Origin: an uncultured Candidatus Rokubacteria bacterium
Lineage (GTDB): Bacteria > Methylomirabilota > Methylomirabilia > Rokubacteriales > CSP1-6
DNA: 64,000 nucleotides
Reading direction: 5' to 3'
NCBI GenBank assembly: GCA_963762145.1
Contig: CAVXJS010000015.1
Location: 128,001-192,000, forward strand
The notes below the pieces were generated by a model that made no database searches, had not been told where the DNA came from, and was given only the letters and a program-made list of their open reading frames with translations. Every line of letters begins with the position of its first letter. Position 1 is the first letter of the stretch. The position numbers and the translations under genes are program-made. Positions 20,923 to 31,638 of this stretch are shown piece after piece.

Positions 20923-23268
20923 TCAACCTCCATGACCGCCTCGGAGGAAGGCGGGCAGGATCGGCAGCGCGGTGATCGCCACGCCGAGCGGTTTCATCGC
21001 GTCGGCCACCGCGTTCGCGATGGCCGCCGGCGCGCCGATCGTACCGCCCTCGCCCATGCCCTTGTAGCCGCCCGGCGTCAGCGGCGACGGCGTCTCCAGA
21101 TGGCCGATGACGAAGAACGGGAGCGCGCCCGCCGTCGGGAGCGCGTAGTCCATCAGAGTGCCGGTCACGAGCTGGCCGCTCTCGTCGTAGACGAGGCGCT
21201 CGCCCAGGGCCTCGCCGATGCCCTGGGCCACCGCCCCGTGGATCTGCCCCTCGACGATCATCGGATTGATCACCGGCCCGCAGTCCTCGACGACCGTGTA
21301 TTCGCGGACCGTGACCCGCCCGGTCTCGGGCTCCACCTCGACGCCGGCCACGTGCACCGCGCCCGAGAAGGTCGGCCCCGGCGGATCGAAGGACTGGGTC
21401 GCCTCGAGTCCCGGCTCCATGCCCGCGGGCAGACCGCCGGGCGGCGGCGCGCAGGCCAGCCGCGCGACCTCGGCCACCGACACGCCACGATCGGGCATCC
21501 CTCGCACGCTCACGCGCCCGTCACGAAGCAGCAGGTCCGCCGGGCTCGCCTCGAGCACCGCCCCCGCGATCGCCAGCAGCTTGCGCCGCACGGTGCCCGC
21601 CGCCGCGTCGGCCGCGCCGCTCTGGGCGATGGCGCCGCGGCTCGCGAAGGTGCCGGTCCCGCCGGGCGCGCTGTCCGTATCGGGCTGCCGCACCGTCACC
21701 GCCTCGAGCGCCACCCCGAGCTGATCGGCGACGAGCTGCGCGGTGGTGGTGGCGTGCCCCTGCCCCTGGGAGGGAAACGACACGTAGCAGGTGACCTGGC
21801 CGTCCGCCGCCATCTCGACCCTCGCGGCCTCGTGTCCCGGCACGTCCGCCATGCCGCGGCGGCGATACGTCTCGGAGCCGATGCCCGTGTACTCCGTGTA
21901 GCACGCCAGGCCGACGCCCAGCAGCCGGCCCCGCGCCCGTCCGGCCTCGCGCTCGCGCGTGAGCCGGTCGTAGCCGGCCAGGGTGAGCGCCTCCTCGAGC
22001 GCCTTCGGATAGTCGCCGCTATCGTAGACGAAGCCGGTGGCCGAGGTGAAGGGGTAGGCGTCCCGCGAGATGAGGTTGCGGCGGCGGATCTCGGCGGGGT
22101 CGAGGCCGAGCCGCGCGGCGAGCAGGTCCAGCGTGCGCTCCATCACGAAGGCGCCCATGGTCATGCCCACTCCGCGGTAGGCGCCGAGCGGCGGCTTGGT
22201 GGTGGCGAGCGAGGTGAGATGGAACGCGTAGGCCGGCGTGCGGTACGGCCCGGGCAGGATGGACGCGGTGCCCAGCGGCTCGAGGGCGGCGGTGAGCGGG
22301 TAGATGTGATAGGCGCCCGCGTCCGACCACAGGCGCGCGCGCAGCGCCAGCAGCAGGCCGGTCGGATCGGCGGCCGCCTCGATCTCCACGCGTGCCTCGC
22401 GGGTCTGGGCGGCCGCGGAAAGGTTCTCGCTCCGGGTCTCGATCCACTTCACCGGGCGCCCGACCCGACGGGCCAGCGCGGCCACCGCCAGGTCCTCGGG
22501 CATCAGGTGCATCTTCTGGCCGAAGCCGCCACCGGTATCCGTCACGATCACGCGCACGCGGGCCTCGGGCAGATCGAACGCCCGGGCGACGCCGACGCGA
22601 AAGACGTGCGGCACCTGGCTGCCCGTCCAGAGCGTGAGCGCGTCGCCCTCCCACCGCGCGATCACTCCGCGGCCCTCGAGGGGCGAGGCGGAGCAGCGGG
22701 CGTGGGTGAACGTCTCGCGAATCACGACGGCCGCCGCCGCGAAGGCCCCGTCCACGTCGCCCTGGCCGCCGCGCCGCTCGAAGAGCACGTTGGAGCCGTG
22801 CTCGGGGTGCAGGCGCGGCGCCCGGGGATCGAGCGCGGCGGCCGCGTCGGGCACCGCGGGCAGCGGATCGTAGTCGACCTGGACGAGCCCGCAGCCGTCC
22901 ACCGCGGCGTAGGGCGTGGTGGCGGCGACCGCCGCCACCGCCTCGCCGACGAAGCGCACGCGAGCGGTCGGCAGGGCGGGCCAGGCCGTCGCGGCGAAGC
23001 CGGGCGCCTCGAGCCGCGGCGCGAGCGGGGCCACCACCCCGTCGAGATCACGGCCGGTCAGCACCAGCTCCACCCCGGCCGCGGCGCGCGCGGCCGTGGT
23101 GTCCACCGAGCGCAGCTCGGCGTGGGCGTGCGGACTCCGCGCGAAGGCGGCGTGCAGCAGGCCGGGCAGCGTGACATCGTCCAGAAAGCGTCCGCGCCCC
23201 GCCAGCAGGCGCGGGTCCTCCAGCCGCTTGACGTGAGCGCCGAGATAGCGCGGCGGCGGCGCGGACAG
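20923..23268 (-). CDS. Xanthine dehydrogenase/CoxL-family molybdopterin-binding large subunit; apparent CTG start
   Basis: Frame extends upstream of the ORF call through RYLGAHVKRLEDPRLLAGRGRFLDD...ARSPHAHA to an in-frame TAG at 23274. Motifs GGGFGQK, AYRGVG, QGQGH, GTFASR, VEGQIHG, KGMGEGG. Confidence 0.88.
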   Translation of the reverse strand: MSAPPPRYLGAHVKRLEDPRLLAGRGRFLDDVTLPGLLHAAFARSPHAHAELRSVDTTAARAAAGVELVLTGRDLDGVVAPLAPRLEAPGFAATAWPALPTARVRFVGEAVAAVAATTPYAAVDGCGLVQVDYDPLPAVPDAAAALDPRAPRLHPEHGSNVLFERRGGQGDVDGAFAAAAVVIRETFTHARCSASPLEGRGVIARWEGDALTLWTGSQVPHVFRVGVARAFDLPEARVRVIVTDTGGGFGQKMHLMPEDLAVAALARRVGRPVKWIETRSENLSAAAQTREARVEIEAAADPTGLLLALRARLWSDAGAYHIYPLTAALEPLGTASILPGPYRTPAYAFHLTSLATTKPPLGAYRGVGMTMGAFVMERTLDLLAARLGLDPAEIRRRNLISRDAYPFTSATGFVYDSGDYPKALEEALTLAGYDRLTREREAGRARGRLLGVGLACYTEYTGIGSETYRRRGMADVPGHEAARVEMAADGQVTCYVSFPSQGQGHATTTAQLVADQLGVALEAVTVRQPDTDSAPGGTGTFASRGAIAQSGAADAAAGTVRRKLLAIAGAVLEASPADLLLRDGRVSVRGMPDRGVSVAEVARLACAPPPGGLPAGMEPGLEATQSFDPPGPTFSGAVHVAGVEVEPETGRVTVREYTVVEDCGPVINPMIVEGQIHGAVAQGIGEALGERLVYDESGQLVTGTLMDYALPTAGALPFFVIGHLETPSPLTPGGYKGMGEGGTIGAPAAIANAVADAMKPLGVAITALPILPAFLRGGHGG

Positions 23269-23275
23269 GAGCTAG

Positions 23276-23314
23276 CCCCTCACCCTGCCCTCTCCCCTTC
23301 GGGGAGAGGGTGAG
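23276..23314. repeat. BoxC-like palindromic repeat, family B copy 1
   Basis: CCCCTCACCCTGCCCTCTCCCC-TTC-GGGGAGAGGGTGAG; recurs at 26211, 29552 and 39918. Confidence 0.85.
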
Positions 23315-23323
23315 CCCACCGGC

Positions 23324-24427
23324 TCATGGCCGCGCCACGCGGGGCAGCACCTCGCTGGCCAGCAGCTCGAGCTGGTCCATCCCCCAGGTGAGCGGGTTCA
23401 GCACGACGTACTCGCAGCCGCCGAGGTTGGCGACCTTGGCCCGGATCTTCTCGGCCAGCTCCTCCGCTTCCCCCAGGAGATAAAACTCCCGCCAATAGGG
23501 GAGATCCATGCCGGAGTAGGTCTTGAAATGCGGGATCGCGGTCTCCGGCTTCTCGCCCTTGCGGAGCACCCACACGAAGTTCGAGTAGACCTTGTTCATG
23601 TCGCCGGGCTTGCGGCCGAACTCGCCCATGAAGCGCTGGATCTTCTCCCAGTCCCCCTTCACCATGTCGGCGGTGGCGGAGGAGTGCGGGACCCAGGTCT
23701 TCGCGTACTTGGCGATGCGCCGCAGCACCGGGTCGATGTTGGTGACGGTCTGGCCGTACACCTTCTCGAAGGGCTGGCTGCCGCCGCCGATCCAGATGGG
23801 CGGATGGGGCTTCTGCGCGGGCTTGGGATCGATCGTGAGGTTGCGGAACTTGTAGTACTTGCCCTCGTACGTGACGTTGTCGCCCGCCCAGAGCGCGGTC
23901 ACCGCCTCCAGCATCTCGTCCATCCGCCGGCCGCGCTCCTTGTGCGGCACGCCCATGAGGGCGAACTCCTCCTCGTGCCAGCCGACCCCCGCGCCCAGGA
24001 TGCTCCGCCCGCCCGAGAGCAGGTCGAGCGTGGCCCACTCCTTGGCGAAGTAGGCCGGGTTGCGGAGGGGGAGGACCAGCACCATGGTGCCGAGCTTGAT
24101 CGTCCGCGTGACGCCGGCCAGGGCCGAGAGCAGCGCGATCGGCTCCAGCCAGGTGCAGGCGTAGGCGGGCGGGGTCAGCAGGAGATGGTCGATGGACACC
24201 GCGCAGTCGAAGCCCAGGTCCTCCGCGCGCCGCAGGTAGGCGCCCATCTCGGCGAGCGAGGCGGTCCGGGGGCCGAGCGCGAAGCTCGGGAGGCGCAGGC
24301 CGAACTTCATGCCTCCGGCACCGAGGCCGCCTTTGGCGCGCGGCCCACCGGAACGACTCTTTTCCGGGCGCGTCCCCGCGACCTTCTGCGGTTTGCGGTT
24401 TGGCCTCTTCGCCCCTTTGGGGCTCAT
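23324..24427 (-). CDS. LLM-class (luciferase-like) flavin/F420-dependent oxidoreductase
   Basis: AEDLGFD...DHLL, TRTIKLGT, ATLDLLSGGR, GVGWHEEEF, PKPAQKPHPPIWIGG. ATG 24427 overlaps the upstream stop; alternative start at 24310. Confidence 0.9.
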   Translation of the reverse strand: MSPKGAKRPNRKPQKVAGTRPEKSRSGGPRAKGGLGAGGMKFGLRLPSFALGPRTASLAEMGAYLRRAEDLGFDCAVSIDHLLLTPPAYACTWLEPIALLSALAGVTRTIKLGTMVLVLPLRNPAYFAKEWATLDLLSGGRSILGAGVGWHEEEFALMGVPHKERGRRMDEMLEAVTALWAGDNVTYEGKYYKFRNLTIDPKPAQKPHPPIWIGGGSQPFEKVYGQTVTNIDPVLRRIAKYAKTWVPHSSATADMVKGDWEKIQRFMGEFGRKPGDMNKVYSNFVWVLRKGEKPETAIPHFKTYSGMDLPYWREFYLLGEAEELAEKIRAKVANLGGCEYVVLNPLTWGMDQLELLASEVLPRVARP

Positions 24428-24993
24428 CGGAGTCCGTCCTCTTTCTTGGCCTCGGCCACCGTGAGGCCGCCGACCCGCGCATGGGGCCGCCCGCCGTCGG
24501 TGACCACCAGGGCCACCAGGATCTCGTTGGCGCGAGGGGCGTCGTTGACCCGGACCTCCATCGCGTCGAAGTGGGTGCGCACGAAGGCCGCGTCCTTGTA
24601 GTGGAGCGGGACGTCGATGGTGGCTCCGGGGCCGCCGAGCTTCTTGGCGGACGGGATGATCGCCTTTCCGCCGTGCACGAGCGCGCGGAACGGGGTCCCC
24701 AGGGTGGGATGCAGGATCGCGGCCGCGTGCTCGTACTCGCCGTCCGTTCCCACGATGGCCGCCTTGCCGTAGGAGTGCACCGGCCCGCCCAGCGCCATCA
24801 CCGCGCGGCGGCCGAGGAGATCGCCCAGCTCCTCGCCGGTCTTGACCAGCTCCTGGAGGTCCTCGACGTAGCGCCCCGCGAACGGGTTCGCGATCACCGC
24901 GATCGCCGCGATCTTCCTGAGCGGCTTCTCCAGGCGTCGCCCCCCGTCCTCCTGGATCTCCTCCACCACCGTGAGCAGCTTCCGAATTTTCAT
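24424..24993 (-). CDS. 'Amino acid synthesis' family protein (DUF1185-type)
   Basis: VIANPFAGRYVEDL, SYGKAAIVGTDGEYEH, IDVPLHYKDAAFVRTHFD, DAPRANE, GGRPHARVGG. Confidence 0.88.
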   Translation of the reverse strand: MKIRKLLTVVEEIQEDGGRRLEKPLRKIAAIAVIANPFAGRYVEDLQELVKTGEELGDLLGRRAVMALGGPVHSYGKAAIVGTDGEYEHAAAILHPTLGTPFRALVHGGKAIIPSAKKLGGPGATIDVPLHYKDAAFVRTHFDAMEVRVNDAPRANEILVALVVTDGGRPHARVGGLTVAEAKKEDGLR

Positions 24994-25012
24994 CGAGTGA
25001 CCTCCTGCGGCA

Positions 25013-26188
25013 TCAGTGACCTCCCGCGGCCGGACCCTGCCCCTTCACGACCTCCGCCGCGCGCGTGGCGGGCGGGGTGTTCCGGCTCCGCCCGATCTTG
25101 ATCTGCCCGTCGATGAGAATCATGGAGACCCCGAAGAGATCGCCGACCCGCAGCGCCTCCAGCGCGGTCCGGCCCTGCGAGCCGATCGGCGCGTCCACGA
25201 TGCAGACGTCGGCCTCCCGGCCCGGCGCGATCACACCCACCGGCAGCTTGTAGACCCGCGCGGTATTGCCGGTCGCCATGCACACCGCCTCCTCGGGGGC
25301 GACGCCGCCGAGCGAGACCAGGTGGGCGAGCACGCGCAGGATGCCCAGCGGGACCACGCCGGTGCCGGAGGGCGCGTCGAGCCCGATGATGATGCGGTCG
25401 GTCGCCTTCGCCTCCTGGGCCCGGCGCAGGGCGTGGAGCGCGGCCTTGCCGTTGCCGCAGTGGACGATCTCGAGTGCCATCCGGGTGGCCACCAGGGCAT
25501 CGATCTCGCGCTCGCTCATCGCGGTGGTCCCGCCGTTGATGTGGCCGACCACGTCCGGGTCGGCCTCCAGCACGACCTCGCCACTGATCGCGTTGGAGCC
25601 CGCGATGGACGGCCCGCCGGTATGGATGGTCACGGTCATGCCGTGCTTCTTGGCCCACCGGACCATCGGCGCCGCGTCCTTGCCGGTCTTGACCGAGCCG
25701 AGCCCGATCTCGCCGACCAGCTTGACGCCGGCCTTCGCCATCTCCGCGAAATCCGCCTCCTCCATGCCCAGCTCCAGGATCGGGGCGCCCGCGTGCATCT
25801 TGACCCCGGCGGGCCGCGCGTTCGCGTAGGCCTTGGCGGCCACGATGGCGAGCGCCTTCAGCCCCACGATGTCCCTGGGGCGCCCGGGCAGGTGCACCTC
25901 GCCCGCCGAGATCATGGTGGTGATGCCGCCGTTGAGGCCGGAGTCGATGAAGTCGATGGTCCGCTGCCGAGGCGTGAAGTCGCCGAAGACGGGATGGCAG
26001 TGCGAGTCGATGAGGCCCGGGACCACCGTGCTGCCCCGGGCGTCGATGACGGTGTCGGCGTCGTCCTCGAGGCCGCGCCCGATCGCCGCGATCTTGCCGT
26101 CCGCGATGGCGATCGAGTCGCCGTCGAGCAGGGGCTTCGCGATGTCGCCGGACACGATCTGCCCGATGTTCCTGATCAGCGTCTTCAA
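25013..26188 (-). CDS. Enamidase-like amidohydrolase
   Basis: TTG start after GGAGG. Colinear with Eubacterium barkeri enamidase as I recall it (NIGQIVSGDI, PRQRTIDFI, GEIGLG, HTGG, HINGG, DAPSGTG, SRNTPPA); metal ligands HxH/E/H/H/D present. Confidence 0.88.
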   Translation of the reverse strand: MKTLIRNIGQIVSGDIAKPLLDGDSIAIADGKIAAIGRGLEDDADTVIDARGSTVVPGLIDSHCHPVFGDFTPRQRTIDFIDSGLNGGITTMISAGEVHLPGRPRDIVGLKALAIVAAKAYANARPAGVKMHAGAPILELGMEEADFAEMAKAGVKLVGEIGLGSVKTGKDAAPMVRWAKKHGMTVTIHTGGPSIAGSNAISGEVVLEADPDVVGHINGGTTAMSEREIDALVATRMALEIVHCGNGKAALHALRRAQEAKATDRIIIGLDAPSGTGVVPLGILRVLAHLVSLGGVAPEEAVCMATGNTARVYKLPVGVIAPGREADVCIVDAPIGSQGRTALEALRVGDLFGVSMILIDGQIKIGRSRNTPPATRAAEVVKGQGPAAGGH

Positions 26189-26210
26189 GGCGCCTCCGGC
26201 CTCCCTATGT

Positions 26211-26245
26211 CCCTCTCCCCTCAGGGGAGAGGGCAGGGTGAGGGG
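26211..26245. repeat. BoxC-like palindromic repeat, family B copy 2 (opposite orientation)
   Basis: CCCTCTCCCC-TCA-GGGGAGAGGGCAGGGTGAGGGG. Confidence 0.85.
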
Positions 26246-26264
26246 TGGTAAGTGAAGGTGATGC

Positions 26265-26959
26265 TCATACCGTCAGATACTTCCTTCGCAGTGCCTCGTC
26301 GGCCATGAGCTGGCTCATGGGCCCGTCGAAGCGGATCTCCCCCTTCTCGATGATGTAGGCGCGATCGGCGAGCCGCGCCGCGAACTTGAGATTCTGCTCG
26401 GAGAGCAGGATCGTCAAGCCCTCTCGCTTGAGGGCGGCGATCTGGTCGCCGAGGGCCCGCACGATCACCGGGGCCAGGCCCTCGGACGGCTCGTCGAGCA
26501 GCAGCACACGCGGGTTGCCCATCAGCGTGCGCGCCACCGTCAGCATCTGCTGCTCGCCGCCCGAGAGGCTCCCGGCCCGGCGGCTCGCCAGCTCCAGGAG
26601 CTTGGGAAAGAACTGGTAGACGCGCGCCTCGCTCCACACCCCGCCGCCCTTGGCGCCCACCGTCAGGTTCTCCTCGACGGTGAGATCGGCGAAGATGCGG
26701 CGGTCCTCCGGCACGTATCCCACCCCGACCCGGCTGATCTCGTGGGTCGGCCGCCGCGTGATCTCGCGTCCGTCGAAGCGGATGGCGCCGGCGGTCACCT
26801 CGACCAGACTCACGATCGCCTTGAGCGTGGTGGACTTGCCCGCGCCGTTGCGCCCCAGCAGCGACACCACCTCGCCCGCCCGCGCGGAGAGCGTCACGCC
26901 GTGGAGCACCCGCGACAGGCCGTAGCCGGCCTGCACCGCCTCGAGCTCGAGAGAGTCCT

Positions 26960-26963
<4 letters not shown>
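26265..26963 (-). CDS. Branched-chain-type ABC transporter ATPase (LivF-like)
   Basis: GRNGAGKST, YVPEDRRIF, LSGGEQQML, LLLDEPSEGLAP, EQN. Confidence 0.92.
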
Positions 26964-27720
<757 letters not shown>

Positions 27721-27724
<4 letters not shown>

Positions 27725-29547
27725 GAGCGCCGCCCGGCGAGCATGCCCGCGATGCCGCGCGGGAAGGCCAGCACCAGCACCAGGAGAATCGCGCCCAGCA
27801 CGATCTGCCAGTAGTCGGTGTAGCGCGTGATCACGGTATCGAGCAGCTTGTAGACCGCGGCGCCGATGAGCGGCCCTGCCGGCGAGCCCACCCCGCCCAG
27901 CAGCACCATCACCAGCGGCTGCACCGACATGGGTGACTCGGTGTAGACCGGGAACACGCTCCCCTTGAGGAAGGCGTAGATGGCGCCCCCGAGGCCCGCC
28001 ACGAATCCGGCCACCACGAACGCGGTCCACTGGAGCGCGCGGATGTTCACGCCGACCGCCTCCGCGCGGCGCGCGTGATCGCGCACGGCCCGCAGCGTGA
28101 GGCCGAAGGGCGACGCGGTCACTACCCGAAGCAGGAGCAGGCCCACGAGGGTGGCCGCGAGCGCCCAGTAGTAGTAGCGGCTCGGCGTGCCCAGCCAGCG
28201 GGCCGGCCAGACGCTCAGCATGCCGTTGTCGCCGCCGGTGACGTCGTCCCACTGGTGCACCACCGCGTAGACGATCTGGGCGAAGGCGAGCGTCAGCATC
28301 GCGAAGTAGATGCTGGTGAGCCGCACGCAGAAGTAGCCGAAGACGCAGGCGGCCAGCCCGGCCACCACCGGGGCGAGCACGAACGCGGCGGGCATGGGCA
28401 GGCCGGCCAGCTGGAGTAGCACCGCCGCGCCGTACGCGCCCAGCCCGAAATAGGCCGCGTGGCCGAACGACACCATGCCGCCCACCGACATCAGGAGATG
28501 CAGGCTCGCCGCGAAGAGGGCGAAGGCGAGGATCTCGACCGCGATCGAGACCCAGAAGGTCGGCAGCACCAGGGGCAGGCCGGCGAGCGCGATCAACCCG
28601 GCGCCGAGCCAGATCGGCCCGAGCCGCCGGGGCTCCGCCTCCACCACCCCGCCGCTACCCGGCGGACGGAGCTGGATCTCGGGCCGGCCCAGCAGGCCCC
28701 ACGGCCGGACCACCAGCACCACCGCCATCACCACGAAGATCAGCACGATGGCGATCTTCGGCAGCAGGAGCACGCCGTAGGCATTGAGCACGCCGATGAG
28801 GAGCGAGGCGAGCAGCGCGCCCCAGACCGATCCCATGCCCCCGATCACCACCACCACGAACGCCTCCACGATGATGGAGGTGTCCATCACGGTGGTCAGC
28901 GCCAGCCGCGGGACCTGGAGGGCGCCGCCGAGGCCGGCCAGGAAGGAGCCCAGCACGAACACGGAGGTGAAGAGCCGCGACTGGTCCACCCCGAGCGCGG
29001 CGACCATCTCGCGATCCTGGGTGGCGGCGCGGATGAGCACGCCCCACCGCGTGCGATGGAAGAGCAGCCAGAGGCCGAGCGCGACGAGCGGCCCGAAGGC
29101 GATGACCGCGAGGTCGTAGGAGGGAAAGAGCTGGCCCGCGATCTGCACCGAGCCGGCCAGGCCCGGCGCGTTCGGGCCGGTCTTGTTGTCGGCGCCCCAG
29201 AGGTACCGGACCGCGTCGGCGGTCACCAGCACCAGCGCGAAGGTGAGGAGGAGCTGGTAGAGCTCGGGCGCCTTGTAGACACGCCGGAGCAGCAGCACCT
29301 CGACCAGGCCGCCCAGCGCCGCCACCAGGACCGCCGCCAGCAGCACCGCCGCGTAGAAGGCCACCGGACCGCCGGGGAGCGCCGCGGCCAGCGAGTAGGT
29401 CAGGTAGGCGGCGAGCATGTAGAAGGAGCCGTGGGCGAAGTTGACGATGCGGGTGACGCCGAAGATCAGCGAGAGCCCGGACGCGATGAGGAACAGGAAC
29501 ATCGCGTTGGCGAGCCCGCTCAGCAGCTGGACGAAGAGGAGGGACAT
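27721..29547 (-). CDS. Fused LivH-LivM-type ABC permease
   Basis: GLSLIFGVTRIVNFAHG (LivH half) and GMVSFGHAAYFGLGAY, YFAMLTLAF, TGGDNG (LivM half) in one 608-aa ORF. Confidence 0.92.
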
Positions 29548-29551
29548 GAGG

Positions 29552-29592
29552 CCCCCTCACCCTGCCCTCTCCCCCGCGGCGGGGGAGAGGGA
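29552..29592. repeat. BoxC-like palindromic repeat, family B copy 3
   Basis: CCCCCTCACCCTGCCCTCTCCCCCGCGGCGGGGGAGAGGGA, ending 4 nt before the permease ATG on the minus strand. Confidence 0.85.
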
Positions 29593-29611
29593 GATCGAGT
29601 GAGAGTCGGTC

Positions 29612-30826
29612 TTAATTGGCCGGGCGAAGCTTCTTGGCTTCTTCTTCGGTCGGCAGCACCTTCTCGCCCGGCACGTACTCGTGGTTCACCATGATGCCGA
29701 CCCCGCGCTGGGGATCGAGCTTGGTCGTCCCCACCCACGCACCCATGGTGGACTGCCCGTCCGCGGCGCGGAACATGACCGGTCCCATCGGGGTCTCGAC
29801 CTTCAGGCCCTTGAAAGCGGCGACCAGCTTGGGCGTCTCCGTGGAGCCCGCCTTCTTGATCGCCTCGGCCACCGACATGTAGGCGATGTAGCCGATGATC
29901 GAGCCGAGCACGGGGGTCTTGTCCCCGCGCTTGATGTAGCGCGCGACCCACTCCGGATGTCCCGCGGTCTTCACGTCGTACCAGGGATAGCCGGTCACCA
30001 GCATGCCCTCGGGCGCCTCGAGCTTGAGCGGATCGATGTACTCGGGCTCGCCGAGCAGGATGCCCACCACGAACATCTTCTGGAAGAGCCCCCGCTTCTG
30101 GGCCTCGCGCACGAACGCGAGCCAGTCGCTGCCGAAGAGCGAGACGTAGAGCGCGTCCGGGTTCTGGGCCATGATCGCGGTGACGAGCGGGCCAGGCTCG
30201 ATCTTGCCGAGGGTCGGCCAGTGCTCGCCCACCATCTGCACGTCGGGCTTCAGCTCCTTGAGCCGGTCCCGGAAGGTCTCCCACGCGCGCTTGCCGTACT
30301 CGTAGTTGGGGCCGATGGTGGCCCACTTCACGTACTTCATCTTGCCGGCCTTGTCGGCCAGCATGCGCCCCTGCTCGTAGGTGTTGGGGCGCAGGCGCAC
30401 CGCGTAGTCGTGTCCCTTGGACCAGGTGAGCGCCTCGGTCAGCGACTCGGAGGCCATGAACATGGTCTTGTTCTGCTTGGCCCAGTCCGAGACCGCGAGC
30501 CCCACGTTGGAGAGGAAGGTCCCGGTGATCATCGCGACCTTGTCGGACTCGACCAGCTCCTGGGCGTGCTTGACCGCCTCCGCCGGCTGGGCCTTGTCGT
30601 CGCGGAACAGGACCTCGATCTTGCGGCCGAGCACGCCTCCCTTGGCGTTGATCTCCTCCACGGCCATCTCGACGCCGACGCGGTAGGGTCCCGTGAAGGG
30701 CGCGCCGATGCCGCTGTAGGTATTGATGTCGCCGATCTTGATCGGCGCCTGGGCCGCGACGGAGCCGGCCCCCAGCGCGAGCAGGAGCGCGGCCGTCAGG
30801 AGGGACAGGAGACGGGGTGCACGCAT
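29612..30826 (-). CDS. Branched-chain-type ABC substrate-binding protein
   Basis: ATG after GGAGG; signal peptide ending AAQ; IKIGDIN, AVEEINAKGGVLGRKI, RDD, PNYEYG. Confidence 0.9.
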   Translation of the reverse strand: MRAPRLLSLLTAALLLALGAGSVAAQAPIKIGDINTYSGIGAPFTGPYRVGVEMAVEEINAKGGVLGRKIEVLFRDDKAQPAEAVKHAQELVESDKVAMITGTFLSNVGLAVSDWAKQNKTMFMASESLTEALTWSKGHDYAVRLRPNTYEQGRMLADKAGKMKYVKWATIGPNYEYGKRAWETFRDRLKELKPDVQMVGEHWPTLGKIEPGPLVTAIMAQNPDALYVSLFGSDWLAFVREAQKRGLFQKMFVVGILLGEPEYIDPLKLEAPEGMLVTGYPWYDVKTAGHPEWVARYIKRGDKTPVLGSIIGYIAYMSVAEAIKKAGSTETPKLVAAFKGLKVETPMGPVMFRAADGQSTMGAWVGTTKLDPQRGVGIMVNHEYVPGEKVLPTEEEAKKLRPAN

Positions 30827-30950
30827 GCGGAACCTCCTCGTGGTTCGTGTGTCGCTGAGTAGAGCAAATGCGCGGAGACAGTCAAGCCGATTCTCCCGCT
30901 TGACAGGAAGGATAGCCGAGTGGTTTCCTCTGGGGCAAGCGGAGATTGCT

Positions 30951-31637
30951 TTGGACGAAAGCCCGGAAACGAGGCAGCTGGTCGACGCGGTGGCGGCACG
31001 CCTGCGGGAAGCGCGGCGCGCCCATCGCCTCACCCTGCGCGCGCTCAGCGAGAAGACCGGGCTCTCGGAGCCGTTCCTCTCGCGGCTCGAGCGGGGGCGC
31101 GTCTCGACCTCGATCGCCAATCTCATCCTCATCACCCGCACCGTCGGCATCGATCTGGGGCAGCTCTTCCAGGGCGTGTCGGGCACGACCACCACGCAGC
31201 ACTACGCGCTGGTGCGCGCGGCCGAGCGGCGCCCGCCCCAGGACGTGCCGGCCACCGGCTACACCTATCAGCCGATGGCGGTGGGCTGGCCGGGACAGCG
31301 GATGGACGCATTCGTGCTGACGTTCCCGGTCAAGAACCGGGCCGACGTGCTCACCGCGCACGAGGGCGAGGAGCTGTCGTTCGTGCTCCAGGGCGAGATC
31401 CTCTTCCAGCTCGGCGACGAGAAGATCCCGCTCAAGACCGGCGACTGCCTCTACTTCAACGCCGAGATCCCCCACATGGGCAAGAACGTCGGGCGCGTGG
31501 ACGCCAAGGTGCTCATGGTGGCGGCCCCCGGCCGCGGGCCCGGCCGCGAGTACGGCTGGTGGAAGGTGCCGGGCCCGGCCGCGACAGCGCCGCCGCGCCG
31601 GGCGCGCCGGTCATCCCGGACAAGGAGAGATCCCTAG
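30951..31637 (+). CDS. XRE-family HTH + cupin transcriptional regulator
   Basis: TTG start after GGAG; HTH LTLRALSEKTGLSEPFLSRLERG; cupin HEGEE...GDCLYFNAEIPH; divergent from the Liv-type operon. Confidence 0.9.
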   Translation: MDESPETRQLVDAVAARLREARRAHRLTLRALSEKTGLSEPFLSRLERGRVSTSIANLILITRTVGIDLGQLFQGVSGTTTTQHYALVRAAERRPPQDVPATGYTYQPMAVGWPGQRMDAFVLTFPVKNRADVLTAHEGEELSFVLQGEILFQLGDEKIPLKTGDCLYFNAEIPHMGKNVGRVDAKVLMVAAPGRGPGREYGWWKVPGPAATAPPRRARRSSRTRRDP

Positions 31638-31638
31638 G

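Noticed and set aside
20923-23268. Aerobic CO dehydrogenase (coxL)
   Set aside because: Lacks the AYxCSFR form I motif and has no adjacent coxS, coxM or accessory genes.
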